DNA of 64,000 nt from the NCBI RefSeq assembly GCF_006345805.1, contig NC_042997.1, forward strand, positions 195,424,001 through 195,488,000. The letters run 5' to 3'. Source of the stretch: Octopus sinensis. Taxonomy: Eukaryota. Under the pieces are notes generated by a model, which worked only from the letters and a program-made list of their open reading frames with translations, was not told the origin of the DNA and did no database searches. Within the stretch, counting starts at the first letter, position 1, and every line of letters begins with the position of its first letter. Shown one piece after another: positions 25,809-37,740 of this stretch. The translations under genes and the position numbers were made by a program.

Positions 25809-25882
<74 letters not shown>

Positions 25883-25961
25883 TATGTTTGACTTTTGCTT
25901 TATATTTGTAGAAGTTGGCTCCAAGTCTCACCCAGAGACCTCAAGAGACAACAGGTTGGAA

Positions 25962-26006
<45 letters not shown>

Positions 26007-26009
26007 TAC

Positions 26010-26067
<58 letters not shown>

Positions 26068-26068
26068 G
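25809..26068. repeat. Two (TAT)n microsatellites separated by ~85 bp
   Basis: Directly visible; source of the poly-I/Y/L pseudo-ORFs. Confidence 0.95.
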
Positions 26069-26567
26069 AGTGAGAGAGCAGTTCATGCCATCAAAGTGAC
26101 ACTGGGGCAAAATATTACGAAGCCCAATATACCCATCATGACTACTCGTCTGATAAGGGTACACCATCACAACCATATGTGCGCGACATGGTGATCTCAT
26201 ATCAAGATAAACAGCACCTGACCTTGCAGGTGGAGCCCAGTAAGAATTTTCTTCAGGTTGAGTAGCCCATCCCGCTCAAAAGGTCCCTGAATAAGGGTTG
26301 TTTAAGGATGTTGAAAGAACCACCCATGTTTCCAGAGGTGAATTATTCAAACCCCAAAGAATCCCTCTCAACACATGGCTATGATGCTCCCCCACTACTT
26401 CAGCTCGTGATCAGAGATGCACATTAGAAACGATAACAACATCTTTCCTTCTAATGCCATTGTTTATCAGCTTCCTTATAATTAACCATAATTATTAAAA
26501 AATTTTTTTAATGAGAAAATTACTCGACAGAATGTTTCTAACAGCGCTGCTCTATATTCATATTGCA

Positions 26568-27116
26568 CTAGCACTATGACCCGGCGTTGTCAGGCCTAGT
26601 GCTAGTCAAGCATATTTGGTCTTTCATGAAAATCCCGCTCTCTTGTCATTCACTTGGTCTAACTCGTTAATTATTCCCTGCATTTCTCAAATCAAAAGAG
26701 CATGCATGTTTGAAAGCCAAATCACATGATAACGCGTCTTCGCAAAATACAAAAATGAGTCATACAGACTGTCTGCAAATGCGCATTGGCATTCAACTGT
26801 CAAGGGTAAAAATTATCTCCGTCCAATCAAAAAACAGCTGGCAATCTATTGGCGTATCTAGCTGTACGCACGCACCGCGTACAAATTTCTATGTTTTAGC
26901 GATTTTAAATGGATATGTCCATAACTTATGGACATAAGAGGTCGGTTAATCGATTTTTAATGGCTTTCTGGGTTGACTGCGGAAATGAAAAGATCTTCAC
27001 GATCGCCTTCAGACAGTTTTGAAAGCCCATAGAAAATGCGAGCCTTTTACGTGAAAAACTGGGTTTGTATAAAGGACACACAGACACAGACATTTTGCCG
27101 TTTATAGATATAGAGA
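26568..27116 (-). mobile_element. Non-autonomous Helitron/DINE-like element
   Basis: actagcactatgacccggcgttgtcaggcctagtgctagt (CTAG end with hairpin) at 26567; the other end is ...tttatagatatagaga(t), i.e. a TC start on the minus strand. Confidence 0.55.
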
Positions 27117-28479
27117 TATCACCGTAAAATTTAATTTTGGATAGTATGATTTGACTAGTGCCGAGCGATCTCATTGCATTTAATCCATTAACCTATTGGG
27201 AGAGCAGACAGAACCATTTGCATGTCGGCTTTACGTTCTTGGTTGTAACATCCTTTCGGGGTTGATAGAATAAGTACTTGCTGGGCCGGAAACTGCTGGC
27301 CTTGCGCCAAAATTTGAAACCGATATAACCTAAGGGGGAGAAGTGATAGAGTCCTGAGTACGCCGGACGGAGTGCTTAGTGGCATTTCTTCCAGCTTTAC
27401 GTTCTGAGATCAAATACTGCTGAGGTCGACATTGCCTTTCATATTTTCAGGGTCGATAACCTAAGTACCAGTTGCGTACTGGGGTCGATCTAATCGACTG
27501 CCCCCCCCAAAAAATTCCAGGCTTTGTGCATAGAGTAGAAAAGAATCGTTAGCACGCCGGACGAAATGTTTAGCGACGTTGCATCCGCCTTAACATTTTG
27601 ATTTCAAATACTCTCAAAGTCAGCTTTGTTTTTTTCATCCTTTCAGGGTCGACAAAATAAAACACCAGTCAAATTAATTGACTAATCCTCTTTCTAAAAT
27701 TGCTGACATTGCGCGAAAATTAGAAAGATTTAATATCCACCGACTTTAGGCAGAAAGCTGGCAGAATTATTTGCTGGTTAGTATGCCGGACGAAAAGCTT
27801 TGAAACCAATGTAATCCGCTTGCTCAAAAGAAATCTTCAGGCTACAAGCTTCTTGTAATATAAATCTCCAGCCACCCGCTTCTATAAAACTATTCCCCTC
27901 AGATGTTTTCTTTTAGTATCCTGCTCAAAAACCACAATAACAGCCAGAGAGAGGAACTTCAAATTTAAATTTCCGCTAACTGACATTTTGAACCTAATAA
28001 ATTATACAGAATATATAACAGACCAGTTCAATAGGTAGAAAGACTCAAAAGATAACTAGAGATCAATATATCTTGTCTGTTACATGGTAGCTATGATTAT
28101 TAATCAACTTTGATCAATGGATCTGCCTTCTAGTAACATTAATCTTCATAGCTTTATTCAATCTTCAGTTCCTTCTGATTACGTCTTTTTAACATAAATA
28201 GATTAATAGATTTTTCAAATCTTAATGAATCTCTCATCTTCACTGAACTTCTAAGGTTTTTAGATTGACTAATATCAGAGGAAAAAGAAGTGCCATCCAC
28301 CTCTCACCCGAGAGATATTGACGCTGTTATTCAAGATGGCTGCCCCGATCTGAAACCAAGGCAAAACAGTTTGTAACAAAGAGCTATCAATTATAGTCAT
28401 CACTGTGATAATGTCTTCTTTACAGAGACAATAATCACTCGTGAAAGTTTTCTGAGAAGAGTTGGTGAAAATGAGAAGA

Positions 28480-29163
28480 GAGGAAGAGAAAGGGTAAGAG
28501 AGGGAGAGGGAGAGAGAGGGAGAGAGAGGGAGAGAGAGGGAGAGAGAGGGAGAGAGAGGGAGAGAGGAAGAGAAAGGGTAAGAGAGGGAGAGGGAGAGAG
28601 AGGGAGAGAGAGGGAGAAAGAGAGGAATAGCAGGAGAGGGAGAGAGAGGAGAGAAACAGAAGGAGAGAGAAAGAGAGGGAGAGAAGGAGAGAGAAAGAAA
28701 GAGAGAGAGAGAGAGAGAGAGGGGGAAAGGGAGAAACGGAAAGAGAAAGATAGAGTCGGAGAGAGAGAGGAGAGAGAAACGGAGAAAGAGGTGAAAGAGA
28801 AAGATAGAGTCGGAGAGAGAGAGGAGAGAGAAACGGAGAAAGAAAGGAAAGAGTGACGGAGAGAGAAGGGAAAGAACGAGGGAAAGCGAAAGAGAGAAAA
28901 CGGAAGAGAGACGGGGAAATATAGAGGGGAAGAAACAGAGAGAAAGACACCAAGAGGGAGAGACAGAGAGAAAAACAGAGGGATAGAGAAACAGAGAGAG
29001 AAGTAGAGGGAGAGAGAAGGAAAGGGAGAGTGAGAAAAAGGGAGAAAAGAGAGAATGAAAAAGAGAAGTAGAGAAGGAGAGGGAGAAAGTGACAGTGAAT
29101 GAGGACGAGAAGAAGAGAGAGAAAGAAAACGACTGAGTATAAAAGAAAAAGTGAGAAACAAAT

Positions 29164-29200
<37 letters not shown>

Positions 29201-29370
29201 AGGAGTGGGAAAATGAGAGAGATGGGGAAAGAGAGAGAGAGAGAGAGAGCGAGAAGGAGTGGGAAAATGAGAGAGATGGGGAAAGAGAGAAAGATAGGGA
29301 AAGAAAGAGAGATGCAGAGAGAGAAAAAGAGAGAGAAAGTGTGTGTGTGTGAGAGTTTGTGTGTGTGTGT

Positions 29371-29429
<59 letters not shown>

Positions 29430-29532
29430 AGGAGTGGGAAAATGAGAGAGATGGGGAAAGAGAGAAAGATAGGGAAAGAAAGAGAGATGCAGAGAGAGAA
29501 AGAGAGAGAGAAAGTGTGTGTGTGTGAGAGTT

Positions 29533-29617
<85 letters not shown>
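28480..29617. repeat. Large GA-rich compound microsatellite with internal duplicated blocks
   Basis: (GA)n, (GGAGAGAGAG)n, (GT)n and repeated gcgagaaggagtgggaaaatgagagagatgggg blocks; explains the 480/464/253-aa 'ORFs'. Confidence 0.95.
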
Positions 29618-29618
<1 letters not shown>

Positions 29619-30122
29619 CAACTGAAATAGAAAATTTACGATATTTAATCTCAATGAGATATTTGAAAGCCAGCGATGGGTTAGTGCTGATGTGATTATT
29701 TGGGTCATTAACTTCACCTGAAGAGATGAAACACTTATTAATATTTATATCTACATTAAAATTCCGCCGAGGTCGACTTCGGTTATCATCCTTTCGTGGT
29801 CGATAAAATAAGTACCAGCCGAACACCATTTATATCGACATGACGCTTCCATCAATTCCAACGCCATTCACATTTCACAGTTTCCCAAAACTCATCAATG
29901 ATGGCAAATTTCTTGTAACAAAATTGTATCCAATGCATGCGAAAATTATTCTATACGGGATTCAGAACTGAGCTCTGAATTTGTCCAGAACACGATATTC
30001 AAGGAATTCCTTTTTATTTGCTCTTTCAATGGGGACTGGATAATTGGTGTGTTCCAAGAATTATTATGTTTCGTCTTTGGTCGGAGATATTGCTTTCTTC
30101 ACGATGAGTAGTAATATTTGTA

Positions 30123-30550
30123 TGCTGTCAACTTAATGTGACAGTCCCATGAAGGAAATAATGCCACTGCTATTTAGCCCTAGGAAGCAGAACCGCTTCC
30201 TGTCAGCCTTGACACATTTCCTGTGTCCTTATGTTTACAAGGGGGAGATAATCACCTCCACCCAGCTAAGCCTGCATTCAGAGACTAGTTTCTGAGTCAT
30301 TGGTCGTCTTCAGTCTGGAGTAGCATGGCTTGCTAGTTGGAGGTGCCCTTGTAAACATATAATTATTCTAGTGAAATACATTCACTGATTTCAAAAATAG
30401 GAATAATACATTTCTAAATCACTCAGAGGTGGAGGTGCTTATCTCCTCCTTGTAAACGTAAGGACACAAGAAATGTGTCAAGGCTGACAGGAAGCGTTGC
30501 TACTTCCTAGGGCTAAATAGCAGTAGTATTATTCCCTTCGTGGGACAGCA
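30123..30550. mobile_element. 428-bp fold-back MITE with ~125-bp TIRs flanked by TA
   Basis: Left arm tgctgtc..(short insertion)..gtcccatgaagg...cacctccacc mirrors the right arm ggtggaggtg...ccttcgtgggacagca. TA at 30121-30122 and 30551-30552. Confidence 0.8.
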
Positions 30551-30695
30551 TACAACTACTTTATCGTATCACTACTGCATAAATCTCTCAGAGAGATTTA
30601 GAAATGTATTATTTCTATTTTAGTAGTACTATTATTCTAGCGCAAATATTCTAGATATACAAACTTGAGAATGCGCACCAGCGGCTGGTCTCACG

Positions 30696-30767
30696 TCCAT
30701 TACCGTCCAGTGGTCAGGACCCCACGTTGTGGCTGTGGTAATCCAGGTTCGAATCCTGGTCACGGCA
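30696..30767 (+). pseudogene. tRNA-His pseudogene
   Basis: 5' acceptor strand TCCATTA has three mismatches to TCACGGC; the anticodon remains GTG. Confidence 0.8.
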
Positions 30768-31911
30768 GATCGGTTAATATACGTTTCATATCCTTTTTTT
30801 TCTTTTTATTGATTTTCTTTATATACTGCAATATGATATCGCAGCGATATCTGCTTAAGTAATTTGTATTTATTTTATATTGTTGATAAATTATTTTGCT
30901 TTTGTTTTCTCCAGGAAATGGTTTCTTCACGCTGGGAAGTGATCACAACTCTAACAATGTTAGGTATTCCAATGCATAATTGACTGTTCACGCCCTTTAA
31001 ACAAACAGCTGCAGAGGAAAATGCATCCCATACTGGGATTCCATCTCGTCTATGATTCATGGCCGTTGAAATCAACTCAGAGAGGAAACTCTTATCGGTT
31101 CTGCGAAGGCAACGTACTGTGATACCATTACAAAGCTCAGAAATCTTGATTCGTTCACTCCAGAGGACTTTCTGAAACCAGTCTGAATCATTGATACCAT
31201 ACTTGGACAAAATCGTGCACCCGGTGCCTAATATCTTTAGTACGTTGGGCAAAAGGATTACCGGCATTTCGCCTGTCTTCCCATTTTGAGTTCAAACTTT
31301 GTCGAGGACTGAACCACCGTTACCATACTTGCTCAAAACAGTGCAAAACAGTGCTTAATATTTTTCTAGGTGAACAAGTTCCGCCGAGGTCGACTTTGCC
31401 TTTTATGTTTTTGGGGTCGGAAAAAATAAATGTCAATTGATCATTGGGGTCGATGTAACTGACTTAGCCCCTTCCCCAAACCAGTAGCCCTTGTGCTAAA
31501 ATTTGAAACCAATATTTTTCTTGGTGAACTGGCAGAATCGTTAGCACGTCAGGAAAAGTGCTTAGCAACATTTCGCCCTTCTTCTCATTTTGAGTTCAAA
31601 TTTCGCTAAGGACTATTGGGCTAAGTACCAGTTGAGAAACGGCATTGATATAATGGACTTACTCCATCCCAGAAAATTTTCAGCCCTTGTGCCTTCTCAT
31701 AGAAAAGATTATCCTATTAAAAATTACAAATCCACGAAGAAACCCCCAAGGACATGCAGAAATAACTCTATGGATTAATATGGATTAACATATTACTTCG
31801 ATTTACTTTTGTCCAGGAAACTACTTTTTCAACGCTCGGAAGCAATCTTAGTCTATCGCCAATATTATAGATGCACATAACTTAAAAGATAGCGCTATAG
31901 CTGGTCTGGTT

Positions 31912-31984
31912 GTCGTGATTGTCTAGTGGTTAGGCTCCCAACGTCGTAACTAAGATAACCCAGCTTCGAATCCTGGTCACGGCA
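31912..31984 (+). pseudogene. tRNA-His pseudogene
   Basis: Anticodon arm disrupted (cccaacgtcgtaactaag); acceptor 3' side intact. Confidence 0.8.
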
Positions 31985-32145
31985 GGTAGGTTAATAATTG
32001 TTCTTGTACATTATTTTTTTGTTTCGTATTTTATTGATTTTCTATATATTCTGCAATGCGATATCGCAGCGATATCTCTTTACGTTGTTTGCATTACTTT
32101 TATATATAATTTTATATTTCAAAGTTTTCTGAGTGTTTGTCTTTG

Positions 32146-32372
32146 GGAGCTGGCAGAAAGGTTAGCACCCCAAGCTAAATGCTAAGCGGTATTTCGTCTG
32201 CCGCTACGTTTTGAGTTCAAATTCCGCCGAGGTCGACTTTGCCTTTCATCCTTTCGGGGTCGATTAAATTAGTACCAGTTGCGCACTGGGGTCGATATAA
32301 TCGACTTAATCCGTTTGTTTGTCCTTGTTTGTCCTCTCTGTGTTTAGCCCCTTGTGGGTAGTAAAGAAATAG
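32146..32372 (+). mobile_element. SINE family B (long-tail type) inside the array
   Basis: Full body ending ccccttgtgggtagtaaagaaatagg, unlike the short-tail SINE B relics in the other units. Confidence 0.8.
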
Positions 32373-32756
32373 GTATTTTGTTCGTATTTCGAGTACTGCG
32401 TTCAAATTCAGCCGAGGTCAACTTTCTTTTTTCCTACTTCCACATCTCACAGTCCCCCCAAATTCATCAGAGATGGCAACTTTCTTGTTACAAGTTCGTA
32501 TGGAAAGCATGCGAATATATTCTACACGTGATTCAAACTTGAACTCTGACTTTTCCAGAACATGATATTAATTGAGTTTTTCGCGAATAATTTTCAAGAT
32601 GTATTTACAGTGTGAGCAGGAGAAAAGCTTCGTTGAAAAAATAATTTTGTGTTTTGTCCGAGAAATTGATTTGTTCACCCTGAGAAATAATCGTATTCTA
32701 GCGCCAGTATTCTAGATAGAGATAATTGAAAGCATATTCCAACAGCCGGTCTCTCG

Positions 32757-32828
32757 GCCGTGATCGTCTAGAGGTGAGGACCCCACGTTGTGGCCGTGGT
32801 AACCCAGGTTCGAATCCTGGTCACGGCA
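32757..32828 (+). tRNA. tRNA-His(GUG), D-loop variant
   Basis: TAGAGGTGAGG instead of TAGTGGTTAGG; all stems intact. Confidence 0.85.
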
Positions 32829-33927
32829 GATCGACTAATTCATTTTTCATACATATTTTTCTCTTTTTATTGATTTTCTTAATATACTGCAATGTAATAT
32901 CACAGCGACCTCTGTTTAAGTTATTTGTTATATTTTTAGGTTATAAGTTTATATTTCAATGTTTTTCTGAGTGTAAGCACATCTCTAATTTCGCAGTGTG
33001 GGCCGGAATATTGCTTTGTTGATAAATTACTTTGCTTTTGTTTTCTCCAAGAAATCGTTTCTTCACACAGGGAAGTAATCCTATCTCCAAGAATTTTAAG
33101 TATTTCAATGCAGTAATTGACTGTTCACGCCCAGTAAACAAACTAAGTGCTGCAGAGGAAAATGCGTCCCATACTAGGATTCCACCTGGTCTACGATTCG
33201 TAGCTGTTGAAATCCACTCACAGAGGTATCTCTTATTGGTTTTGTGAAGGCAACGTTCTGTGGTACCATTACAAGGCTCAAATCTTGATTCCTCCACTCC
33301 AGCTGATTTCTGAAACCAGTCTGAGTCATCGTTACCCTACTTGGCCAAAACAGTGCAACCGCTGCTTAATATTTTTCTAGGTGAACATGTTCCGCCGAGG
33401 TCGACTTTGCCTTTCATGTTTTTGTGGTGGAAAATAATAAGTACCAGTTGATCACTGGGGTCGATGTAACTGACTTAGTCCCTTCCTCGAACCTGCTGCC
33501 CTTGTGCCAAAATTTGATTCCAATATTTTTCTTGGTGAACTGGCAGAACCGTTAGCAAGCCGGGCAAAGTGCTTAGCAACATTTTGAGTTCAAATTTCGC
33601 TAAGGACTATTGGGCTAAGTACCAGTTGAGAAATAGAATTGATAAAATCGACGTACTCCATCCCAGAAAAAATTTAGGCCCTGTGCTTTCTCATGGAAAA
33701 GATTATCCTATTAAAAATTGATTTTCCAGAGCATGATATTAATTGAGTTTTTCGCGAATTATTTTCAGATGCTTTTACAGTGTGAGCAGGAGAAAAGCTT
33801 CGTTGAAAAAACTACTTTGTGCTTTTGTCCGAGAAATTGATTTGTTCACCCTGGGAAATAATCGTATTCTACTGCCAATATTCTAAATATAGATAATTGA
33901 AAGCTTAATTCAACAGCCGGTCTCTCG

Positions 33928-33999
33928 GCCGTGATCGTCTAGTGGTTAGGACCCCACGTTGTGGCCGTGGTAACCCAGGTTCGAATCCTGGTCACGGCA
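33928..33999 (+). tRNA. tRNA-His(GUG), consensus
   Basis: Identical to the consensus. Confidence 0.97.
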
Positions 34000-35109
34000 G
34001 ATCGGCTAATTTAATTTTCATAGATATTTTTCTCTTTTTACTGATTTTCTTAATATACTGCAATGTAATATCACAGCGACCTCTGTTTAAGTTATTTGTT
34101 ATATTTTTAGGTTATAATTTTATATTTCAAAGTTTTTCTGAGTGTAAGCACATCTCTAATTTCGCAGTGTGGGCCGGAATATTGCTTTGTTGATAAATTA
34201 CTTTGCTTTTGTTTTCTCCAAGAAATCGTTTCTTCACACAGGGAAGTAATCCTATCTCCAAGAATTTTAAGTATTTCAATGCAGTAATTGACTGTTCACG
34301 CCCAGTAAACAAACTAAGTGCTGCAGAGGAAAATGCATCCCATACTAGGATTCCACCTGGTCTACGATTCGTAGCTGTTGAAATCCACTCATAGAGAGGT
34401 GTCTCTTATCGGTTCTGTGGAGACAACGTTCTGTGGTATTATTTCAAGGCTCAAATCTTGATTCGTCCACTCCAGAGGACTTTCTGAAACCAATCTGAGA
34501 CATCGTTACCACACTTGTCCAAAAAAATGCAACCGGTGCTTAATATTTTTCTAGGTGAACAAGTTCCGCCGAGGTCGACTTTGCCTTTCATGTTTTTGTG
34601 GTGGAAAATAATAAGTACCAGTTGATCATTGTGGTCGATGTAACTGACTTAGCCCCTTCCTCGAACCTGCTGCCCTTGTACCAAAATTGGAAACCAATAT
34701 TTTTCTTGGTTAACTGACAGAACCGTTAGCACGCCGGGCAAAGTGCTTAGCAACATTTCGCCATTTTGAGTTCAAAGTTCGCTAAGGACTATTGGGATAA
34801 GTACCAGTTGAGAAATGGAATTGATATAATCGACGTACTCCATCCCAGAAAAAATTTAGGCCCTGTGCTTTCTCATGGAAAAGATTATCCTATTAAAAAT
34901 TGATTTTTCAGAACATGATATTAATTGAGTTTTTCGCGAATTATTTTCAGGATATGTTTACAGTGTGAGCAGGAGAACAGCGTCGTTGAAAAAACTACTT
35001 TGTGCTTTTGTCCAAGAAATTGCATTGTTCACGCTGGGAAATAATCGTTTCTATCACCAATATTCTATATATAGATAATTGAAAACCTAATGCAACAACC
35101 GGTCACTCG

Positions 35110-35181
35110 ACCGTGATCGTCTAGTTGTTAGGACCCCACGTTGTAGCCGTGGTAACCCAGGTTCGAATCCTGGTCACGGCA
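35110..35181 (+). tRNA. tRNA-His body with GTA (Tyr-type) anticodon; probably non-functional
   Basis: Loop TT-GTA-GC, G1>A (A1:C72 mismatch), D-loop GG>TG; otherwise consensus. Confidence 0.6.
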
Positions 35182-36799
35182 AGTCGGCTAATATACTTTT
35201 TATACATATTTTTCTCTTTTTATTGGTTTTCTTAATATACTGCAATGTATTATCGCAGCGACATCTGTTTAAGTTATTTGTATTATTTTTATATATAATT
35301 TTATATTTCAAAGTTTTTCTGAGTGCAAGCACGTCACTAATTTTGCAGTGTGGGGGGAGGAATATTGCTTTGTGAATAAATTACTTTGCTTTTGTTTTCT
35401 CCAAGAAATCGTTTCTTCACACAGGGAAGTAATCCTATCTCCAAGAATTTTAAGTATTCCAATGCAGTAATTGAATGTTCACGCCCAGTAAACAAACTAA
35501 GGGCTGCAGAGGAAAATGCATCCCATACTAGGATTCCACCTGGTCTACGATTCGTAGCTGTTGAAATCCACTCATAGAGAGGTGTCTCTTATCGGTTCTG
35601 TGGAGGCAACGTTCTGTGGTACTATTACAAGGCTCAAATCTTGATTCGTCCACTCCAGAGGACTTTCTGAAACCAGTCAGAGTCATCGTTACCACACTTG
35701 TCCGAATAAATGCATATGGTGCTTAATATTTCTCTAGGTGAACAAGTTCCGCCGAGGTCGACTTTGCCTTTCATGTTTTTGTGTTGGAAAATAATAAGTA
35801 CCAGTTGATCACTGGGGTCGATGTTACTGACTTAGCCCCTTCCTCAAACCTGCTGCCCTTGCGCCAAAATTTGAAACCAATATTTTACTTGGTGAATTGA
35901 CAGAATCGTTAACACGCGGAGCAAAGTGCTTAGCAACATTTCACCCTTCTTCCCATTTTACGTTGAAATTTCACTGAGGATTATTTTAATTTTCATCCTT
36001 TTAGGCTGAATAATATAAGTACCAGTTGAGCACTGGAGTTGATAAAATCGACTTACTCCCTCCCAGAAAAATTTCAGGTCTTGAGCCTTTCAGAGAAAGG
36101 ATTATTTTATTATGTATTACAAATCCATAAAAAAACACCCACAAGAACATTCACAAATAAATCTATTGTTTAATATGGAATAATATATCCATTTCCTCTC
36201 TTAAAAAAAACCCATTCCTTTGAACAAAATATCGGATTATTATTTTCTTGCACCAAGAAATATTGCTGTTGTCCCATTCGCGTTTCTGAGTTTTGAGATC
36301 GTAAATTTTCTTGTAAGAAGATCATGCCGGGATTAAAAACTAAGCTCTGACAAGTCCACAATACGATATTCAAGGAATTTTCAAAGATCTACTTTTCAGT
36401 TGTTTCTGCAGCGTGGAGAAGTGTTGCTGTGTTGAAAAATTACTTTGATTTTAGCTAATTAGAAAATCCCTATAAAAGATGAAAGCAATAACTATACTGG
36501 GGAGCATTGATTAATGCCACTTTAACATGGCTGTTCCGTAGAAAGCGACGTTATCGTTAATTGAAGCCGATGGGAACTCCTCCTGCAGCTGGTTATTCGA
36601 TGCAATCTCCATCCGATATATACTGCAAGCAAGGGAGTGAACCCCTACAATGATAAAACCACGAGATCACCAGACGGCACGGTTACGTCCTTTATGCGGT
36701 TATACTCTGTGATGGACTTAGTTCCTTCCCTGAAGTTGCTGGCATTGTACCAACATTCGAACTCAATATTTATATCTGCATTACGTTTCCATCAATTAC

Positions 36800-37070
36800 A
36801 ACGTCATTCGCTTTTCATAGTTTCCCAAAATTCATCAGAGATGTCAAATTTCTTGTAACAAGATCGTAGCAAATACATGCGAAAATATTCTCTACGTGAT
36901 TCAAACGTGAGCACTGATTTGTCCAGAAAACGATATTCACTGAGTTTTTCACGAATTATTTTCAGGATGTTTTTACAGTGTGAGCAGGAGAACAGCTTCG
37001 CTGAAAAAAATTTTGCGTTTTGTCGGCGAAATTGATCTAATCATTCTGGGAAATAATCATATTCTACTGC
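36800..37070 (-). mobile_element. Tc1 transposase relic, C-terminal part (representative; repeated upstream of array tRNAs)
   Basis: One minus frame reads FQRSCSPAHTVKTS*K*FVKNSVNIVFWTNQCSRLNHVENIF, aligning to FQQDNAPAHT...WPAQSPDLNPIENIW with 34 residues between the D and E positions. The track ORF 51551-51778 shows 'IVIWKAQSSSLNHAENIF'. Confidence 0.8.
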
Positions 37071-37122
37071 CAGTATTCTAGATAGAGATAATTGGAAAGC
37101 CAAGCTAGCAGCTGGTCTCTTG

Positions 37123-37194
37123 GCCGTGATCGTCTAGTGGTTAGGACCCCACGTTGTGGCCGTGGTAACCCAGGTTCGAATCCTGGTCACGGCA
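37123..37194 (+). tRNA. tRNA-His(GUG), consensus
   Basis: Identical to the consensus. Confidence 0.97.
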
Positions 37195-37339
37195 ATATCA
37201 GCTTTTTTACTTTTTCATACATATTTTCCCCTTCGTATTGATTTTCTTAATAGAGTACGATGTGATATGGCAGCGACATCTGTTTAATCGATTTGTATTA
37301 CTTTTTTATATATAATTTTAGATTTGGAAGTTTCACTAG

Positions 37340-37740
37340 TCTCGAGCATCACTGCTTTTGCATTGTGGGACGGAATATTTCTTTGTTGATAAATTACCTT
37401 GTTTTCGTTTCCTGTAGAAAATTGTTTCTTCACGCTTGGAATTAAACGTATCTCTAACAATGTTAGGTATTCTGATGCAGTAATTGACTGTTCACGCCCT
37501 TTAAACAAACTAACAGCTGCAGAGGAAAATGCATCCCATACTAGGATTACACCACGTCTATAATTCATAGCTGTTGAAATCCACTCAGTGAGGGATCCCT
37601 TATCAGTTCTGCGAAAGCAACGTTCTGTGGTACTATTACAAATGTTCGAATTCTGATTCATCCATTCCAAAGGACTTTCGGAAACCAGTCTGAATCATCG
37701 TTGCCACTCTTGTTCAAAAAAATGCAACTGGTGCTTAATA
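37340..37740 (-). mobile_element. Tc1 transposase relic, N-terminal catalytic core (representative; repeated downstream of array tRNAs)
   Basis: Track ORFs 37284-37670, 32956-33297, 30875-31267 and 54904-55101 show 'KVLWS', '(V/E)DESRF', 'GGILVWDAFS', 'YLKFLEIGLLP' and 'YQQSNIPAHTAK', matching Tc1 SDESKF / GG.VMVWGAFS / Y..ILE..LLP / FQQDNAPAHTAK. Confidence 0.8.

Noticed and set aside
23260-26194. Poly-R, poly-S, poly-L, poly-Y and poly-I ORFs
   Set aside because: Trinucleotide microsatellites (TTC, CCT, TAT).
27830-28270. Possible Penelope/LINE coding remnant
   Set aside because: No convincing RT or endonuclease motif in manual translation.
28275-29829. Long ORFs of 480, 464 and 253 aa (S/L/F-rich)
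   Set aside because: Read-through of a GA/CT microsatellite that lacks stops on the minus strand; no domain-like sequence.
36800-37740. Array-encoded active or domesticated transposase
   Set aside because: Stops and frameshifts differ among units, the catalytic positions are mutated, and the ORF is split by the tRNA.
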